DNA of 64,000 nucleotides, from the NCBI GenBank assembly GCA_025558095.1, contig JAIVFI010000014.1:496001-560000 (forward strand), written 5' to 3'. A program made the translations under genes and the position numbers. The notes beneath the pieces are model-generated. The model did no database searches. It was not told where the DNA came from and saw only the letters and a program-made list of their open reading frames with translations. Origin of the DNA: Hyaloraphidium curvatum SAG 235-1 (Eukaryota > Fungi > Monoblepharomycota). This document shows, in pieces, positions 58,337-64,000 of this stretch (positions within the stretch are counted from its first letter, which is position 1; every line of letters begins with the position of its first letter).

Positions 58337-59069
58337 GCTGTCTCCCCGGGGCGGACGGCGCAGGGGCGGCGGCGGGGAGGCCGGAGGTGGCCGCAAAAAA
58401 GGCCGGAGGGCGGCGGCGCGGGGTGGAAGTGCGCTTCGCGGCCGGTTTCGGCTGACTGCTGCGGCTGCGGAAGGACGAGATTGGTGGGAGGGGTGCAGGG
58501 CGCAAAGCGCTAAACCGGATCCCTAAGGTCCCCCAAGGCCCGCTAACCGACGCCTGACGAGGGTCGCGCACGGGCATCGGCGGCGAAACAAAGGGGCAAT
58601 CATGATGTCGGATGGAGGGGCGGCTTCGCCGCATTTCATTCGCAATAGGACGGCATGGAGGGCTGTATCTGTCCCGCACCGTGGTCGGTCCGATACCACC
58701 GATGAGTGGCCGAATGGGGACCGCCACCACGGCTCCCGTTACTCTATGCCAATGGTTTACGTCAGTGCATTGTCAGATTGTAGAAGACGTGTTCTTGGGT
58801 GGCCGTGGAGTGGAAGTGGGAATGCAAGCACACCGTGCCCTCGGCAGACCCACATCCGACGATCGTGTCCCCGCAGTAGCTTCACAGTATCCACCAGTTG
58901 AAGAATGAATTGTTCTCCGGGGTTTCGGAGGCGAGCGGCGTCCAGGGGGTGCCTGCGGAGCGGCTTTGCGGAGCGGCTTTGCCCGTTTTGGCTGATTGCT
59001 CGATGTTTGGCGGGCGGACCCACTTCACCCAAGTGCCACTCTGGACTCGGGGCCCTCCCGCGCGGCGCC

Positions 59070-62000
59070 ATGGCTGACGGCAAGGCGTGCCGGCGGGTCA
59101 GCCTGCTGCGGCTGCTGTGCGGCGGGCTGGCGGCGGTGTTTGCGCTGTCGCTGTTGGCGTGCAACGTGGGCGGCGGCCGCAAGCCGCTGCCGTCGGCGGT
59201 GCAGCTCGAGATCAAGCTGAGCGTCGGCGACTCGGTGGTCGCCGGCGGCGGCTACGCGCGGCTCGGCCGCAAGGACGCCGAGGCGCCGCCGCCGCCGCCG
59301 CCGCCCGACGCGGCCCGCAAGCCGCCGCCGCCCGCGCCGCCCGCAATGTTCGTGCGCGGCGAGGTGTTCGAGCTGCGCGAGGCGGCAGCCGTGCGGAGGG
59401 CCGACCGGCGCCCACGCACCGGCCAGCCGCTGTCGGTGTGCATCCTGTCGATGGACGTCTACGGCCTGCAGAACGTCGGCGGCACCGCGATCGCATACTG
59501 GCAGCTGGCCCGCCAGCTGGCCTCCGCCGCTGCGCCCCCGGTGGCCGGCAAGCCCGCCGCGGACAGGCCCTTTGCAGTCAAGGTGCTGGCGCTGGTGTCG
59601 TCAAACACCTGCGACAAGCTGCGGCCGCTCTACACGCGCCAGAACATCCGGCTCGAGTGCATCGACCCGGACCAGACCAGCGAGCAGAAGTGGGAGTTCG
59701 CCAACCCGTACCTGGTTTCGGGCGCCACCGTGCTCGAGTGGCTGCGCGACCCGGCCGAGGGCCAGCAGAAAAAGTGCGACGTGCTGCACGCGCACGAGTG
59801 GGGCGGCGTGCTGGCCCCCATCATCGCCGGCAGGCTGCTGCCCGGCACGTGGAGCAAGCAGCTGCCGGACTGGATCGCCGTCGAGTCGCACGGCGGCCAC
59901 ATGTGGTCGCTCCTGACGCACGCGCCGCACCGGCCAACCGACCTGATCGCCTGCGAGGTCGACTACTACGAGCGCGCGTCGCTCGAGAACGCCGACACCG
60001 TCATTTCCCCGACGAAGTACATGCTGCGGTAAGTTTCTCGCGGGTTGGAATACGGGGATACAGCTGACGCCACGGTTGTAGGTACTTCCACGAGCGCGGC
60101 TGGCAGCCGGCCAACCCGGTCGTCATCTCCCACATCACCACCAAGCCTGAGAAACCCCGCCCCCTGGACCCTACCGGCGCGCTCTCCAAGCCCCCCACGC
60201 GCTTGGTCTTCTACTCGCGCAAGGAGGACCGCAAGGGCCTGCACGTCTTTGTCCGCGGCCTGGACATGATCACCAACGGCACCTCGCTCAAGCAGTCCCT
60301 CGCCGTCGAGATCATGGCCCCCGACGACTCGGCCGAGATCCAGCACCGCATCAACCGCTGGAAGGAGAGCTGGAACGTGCACATCCGCTCGCAGGACTCG
60401 CGCACCGCGGCCATGGACATCCTCACCACCGACCCCGCGCGCACGCTGGCCGTCATGACCAGCTTCGTCGAGAACCCGGCCGAGGTGCTGGCCGACTGCG
60501 AGAACGCGGGCATCCGCACCCTGGCCCTGGACATGGGCGGCATCGCCGAGCTGCTCAAGTCGGGCACGGTCATCAAGGACATGCACCCCAACGTGCTGGG
60601 GCAGCTCATGTCCGACATCATCCAGGGGAAGCAGAAGGCCGACGTGCCGGAGCTGAGCATCACCGTCAAGGAGGCGGGGCAGCTGTGGGTGCAGTGGCAC
60701 AGCATGGTCAAGGAGAACGGGGAGCTGCCGCGGCAGGAGGACATGGCGGAGCTGGCGAAGAAGCTGGTGCCGTCCAAGCCGGGGACCGCGCTCGTGGCCA
60801 AGAGCGCGCTCGCGGCGCCCAAGCCGGCGTCCGCCGTTCCGGCGGCGGCCGAGGCCAAGGAGGCCGACGAGGCGGACGACGAGGGCGAGGGCAAGGCGGC
60901 CGAGCCGCCGCGGCCCAGGCGCCTCTTCAAGAGGCAGGCGCTGCACAAGGCGCCGACGCTCGTGTCGCAGCGCGGGTCGTCGCAGCCGGGCCTGCTGTCG
61001 GAGGAGGAGCGCATTCGGATCCGCACCATCTCATTCACCGACTCGAACCCCAACGCGCTCTCGCTGCACGAGACCCTGTGCCTCAACCCCTCCGAAACCG
61101 CCAACGCATTCCTCCTCCTCCCCGACGGGTTCAACCTTATCGACGACAAGAAGGCGCTCCAGACGCTGGCGTCGGTGCTCTACGCCAACCAGCACTTTGA
61201 CGCCCTCACCGCCGGCATCGAGTACCTCGCCGCCGACGGTTCCGTGGCCGTGACCCTCCCCCACGGCCCCTTCTTCTTTGCCCGGACCTCGAACAGCAGG
61301 TGCATGAAGACGTACCCCGTCCTCATCCGCCGCGAATCGCTGTGCCTCGACTACACCGCCGAGGCGCGGTCCTTCTCCCTCTACGAGTCGTGGCACATGC
61401 TCATGCTCGTGGAGCAGGCCGGCGGGCGGATAGGCACCCTGCCCATCTCGCTCTTCGACATCGACGACGAGGTCATGGGCGTGTGGGACGAGTGCTCTGA
61501 GGAGATGGACCCGCTCCTGCGGATGGCCAAGCAGGGCGACTACGTGGTCGTCAACATGGCCAACCAGCTCGCCAAGTGGCGCATCGGCAACTTCATCGAG
61601 CAGCAGAGCAAGCAGGTTGTGCAGGTGGAGGAGAACATCATCGCCGACAACCTCAAGGACTTTGGCGGGTGGCAGGGGCACAACGGCTGGTCCTACTTCT
61701 ACCGCGCACAGCCCGCGGGCCAGGTCCGCGCGGACGCGGACCTGGCCGAGGACGACGCGCTGCCGCTGACTTGGAACCAGGACGAGGAGCGGTGGATCTG
61801 CCCGTCCAAGACCAAGAACAAGAAGAAGGCGCCGCAATTCCCCTTCATCACCCGGACGGGCCTGCATCCTTGCATCGGCAAGCACAAGGGGTGCTGCGTC
61901 GACGGGTCCGCCAACTCGGTCGTGCTCCGCTGGACGTCGCACAAGTACATCGAGCGCGTCAAGGCGCGGCTGCACCTGCAGCTCGTCGACACGTGCGGCG

Positions 62001-62352
62001 ACGGCATCGACGCGCAGGTGCGCGCGGGCCTGGACCTCAAGCGCCGCGGCAAGGGCACGCTGGCGCAAGTGGACGTGGTCCGACTGGACCGGGGACGGAA
62101 CAAGTCCAACGGCCGCCTGAGGAACCGGGTGCAGCGGACGTACGAGATCGGCACGGTGTGGCCGGGGGACGTGATCGAGGTGCAGGTGGATCCGCGGGAC
62201 AACGTGCACTGCGATACGTTGCGCGCACAGGTGGGTTTCGGCGCGGGCATCCGTTTCGGCGGCTGCGGGCGGCTTCTGACTTTGGCCCCGCGCAGTTTGT
62301 CATCTTCAGCTCGAGCAAGCCCGAGGCCGTCGGGGCGGAGAAGGAAGATTAA
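59070..62352 (+). CDS. Type II membrane GT4-like (GT-B) glycosyltransferase with extra C-terminal domains
   Basis: N-terminal TM, VGGTAIAY, DVLHAHEWGG, ISPTKYM, VFYSRKEDRKG, TSFVEN, D.GGIAEL; introns about 60029-60081 and 62231-62295. Confidence 0.75.
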
Positions 62353-62934
62353 TCTCTTGTCCTATGTATGCGCTCTGCACACCCGGTCCTGCTGACAAAC
62401 CGTGGTTTTGCTTCGTGCTTTGCGTTGAGTCAGTTCGAGGGCCCTGGGTGCCTCGGAACGCAAGGGCTCGGGTGTTGTTTGGCTCCCCAAATCTTCAAAG
62501 ACAAACCGGACAGACGGCCAGCTCCTTCCGAGCGAAGAATTTTGAGGTCCTGCGGGAGTTTTGCCAGGCAGCAGCGCCTTCCTGCGGCGCGCGGACCGGC
62601 CGGAGCCTGTTACGGCACGGACAAACAGCGGTGCCCGCGTCGCCACAAGCCCCGCGGCTGCCGCACCCCGAATCCGCGCCGGACCACCCGCCGGCATTCG
62701 GTCCCGTCTCTCGGAGGAGCATTTAGCTACCTGACAGCGACGGCGCCCCGTTCGGCACGGAAGCGAGCCGCTCGCGCTGGGGATGCTGTGCTGAGCGTCC
62801 TAAACACACCACCACCCGGAGCCCGCGCCGCCCGACGAGCCGACAGGCCCGGGCCAGCAGTGCTCAACAACTCTCTACCACCGGCTGGCAGGTCTCCGGG
62901 TCCACCGGACGCCTGCGGAACCGGACACACGGAC

Positions 62935-64000
62935 ATGGCCGACGGGGATTTTCCGCCCGAGGTTCACCCGCGGCGACGGGAGGGCCGGAGGACCGGCTCG
63001 CGGAGATGGCTCGGCCTTTCCAGCCTTGTATGCTTGTTTGCAGCAGCTCTTGCGGGTAGCGGGCTGCCGCGCGGGGCGGTGGCGTATCCGTCGGAGCTTC
63101 CCGAGGGATTCTTCTCGACTGACATCGTCAACAACCTGGGGTGAGATTTGGGCTCGGCTCCGACGCGTACCCGGCTTCTCGCCCTAATTCTGCGTTCTAG
63201 CACGTCCGTATCGGACTTTTGTGTCCTTGATGCCAACCGGGTCGTCGTCCTGCAGCGCATGGGGGTCATGCTGATGGTGCGTCCGCGTTGCGAGCACCTG
63301 TTTTACAGACAACCATATAACTTCTATTCGCTACCTGCGAACAGGTGAAGAACGGCGAGCTTATCTGGGATCCCGTGCTCGACCTGACGGACGTGCTCGG
63401 CGCTGCCCTTGGTGATCGCGGTTTGACATCCTGCACCCTCCACCCCGACTTCGCCGAGAACGGCTGGATATACCTGGGCTACGTCTTCGATGACAACCCT
63501 ACCAATCCTACAGGGACCAAAAAGAACCGCATCTCGCGCTTCACCATCGTGGGCGACAAGATTGACCGCGTGACCGAGCAGGTCATCCTTGGGTCCTGTG
63601 CGGTGCTGCGTGCGGGAGCCAACGATCCCCTCGAGGGAGACGGTCAGTAACATTGGTGTTGCAAGGGCGGTCTGTGGGCTCACGAAGCTACCTTCGCCAG
63701 ACTGCATGCCGACGTTTGGCATCACCCACAACATTGGCTGGCTCAACATCGGGCCCGACAACATGCTTTGGGCGGCCGTTGGGGAAGGCATTGCCTGGGA
63801 GGGTGAGGATTGGGTCAAGTCGGGCTTCCCGCAGAACTGGCTCGGTCCCATGGACCCCGACTACCTCAGTGGCAAGATCCTCAGGATGGACTGGGAGGGT
63901 GAGGACCCCGTGACGCGCCAGCAGACAGCCGGGCTTCAACTCGCGTTCCTTCAGGCAACGGTCTGCCGGACAACCCATGGTACGACGGGAAGCCGCTCTC
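62935..64000 (+). CDS. GSDH-type (PQQ-dependent glucose/sorbosone dehydrogenase-like) beta-propeller protein, partial, multi-exon
   Basis: GDRGL..LHPDFAENGWIY..Y, RISRFT, H..G.L..GPD.MLW...GEG, LSGKILR; hydrophobic N-terminal segment. Confidence 0.8.

Noticed and set aside
1-64000. Prokaryotic origin of the whole window
   Set aside because: Numerous spliceosomal introns and eukaryote-specific genes; bacterial-like genes are embedded among them.

Overview
Gene-dense, GC-rich eukaryotic DNA with short GT-AG spliceosomal introns (mostly about 45-65 nt, CTRAC/CTAAC branch points). The gene set (INTS6-like Integrator subunit, TRAPPC12, UBE3B-type HECT ligase, PI31, fungal-type NDUFA13) best fits an early-diverging fungus such as a chytrid or monoblepharid; this is inference. 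A conserved core is recognisable: SF1/BBP, UBE3B, WAPL, INTS6, NDUFA13, SWI5, INO80B/IES2, PI31, SerRS, NUC1/EndoG, a macrodomain protein, DOMON-cytochrome b561, a GT4-like glycosyltransferase and a GSDH-type dehydrogenase. Interspersed are intronless bacterial-looking genes (AAA_33 P-loop protein, metallophosphoesterase, benzoylformate decarboxylase) and an EF-hand/zeta-toxin-like kinase. The most striking structure is a 6.6-kb mirror-image cassette (42663-49296). It is bounded by 248-bp inverted repeats made of a tRNA-Ser(AGA) upstream flank plus 5' half, and holds two convergent frameshifted F-box-like paralogs around an intact mdlC-like gene, plus a 148-bp tandem array built from the tRNA 3' end. 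Also notable: an unusually long, highly structured first intron in the SerRS gene, and an older possible mirror arrangement of zinc-finger paralogs in the first 18 kb. Homology calls come from motif recognition, not database searches, and exon boundaries were read by eye.
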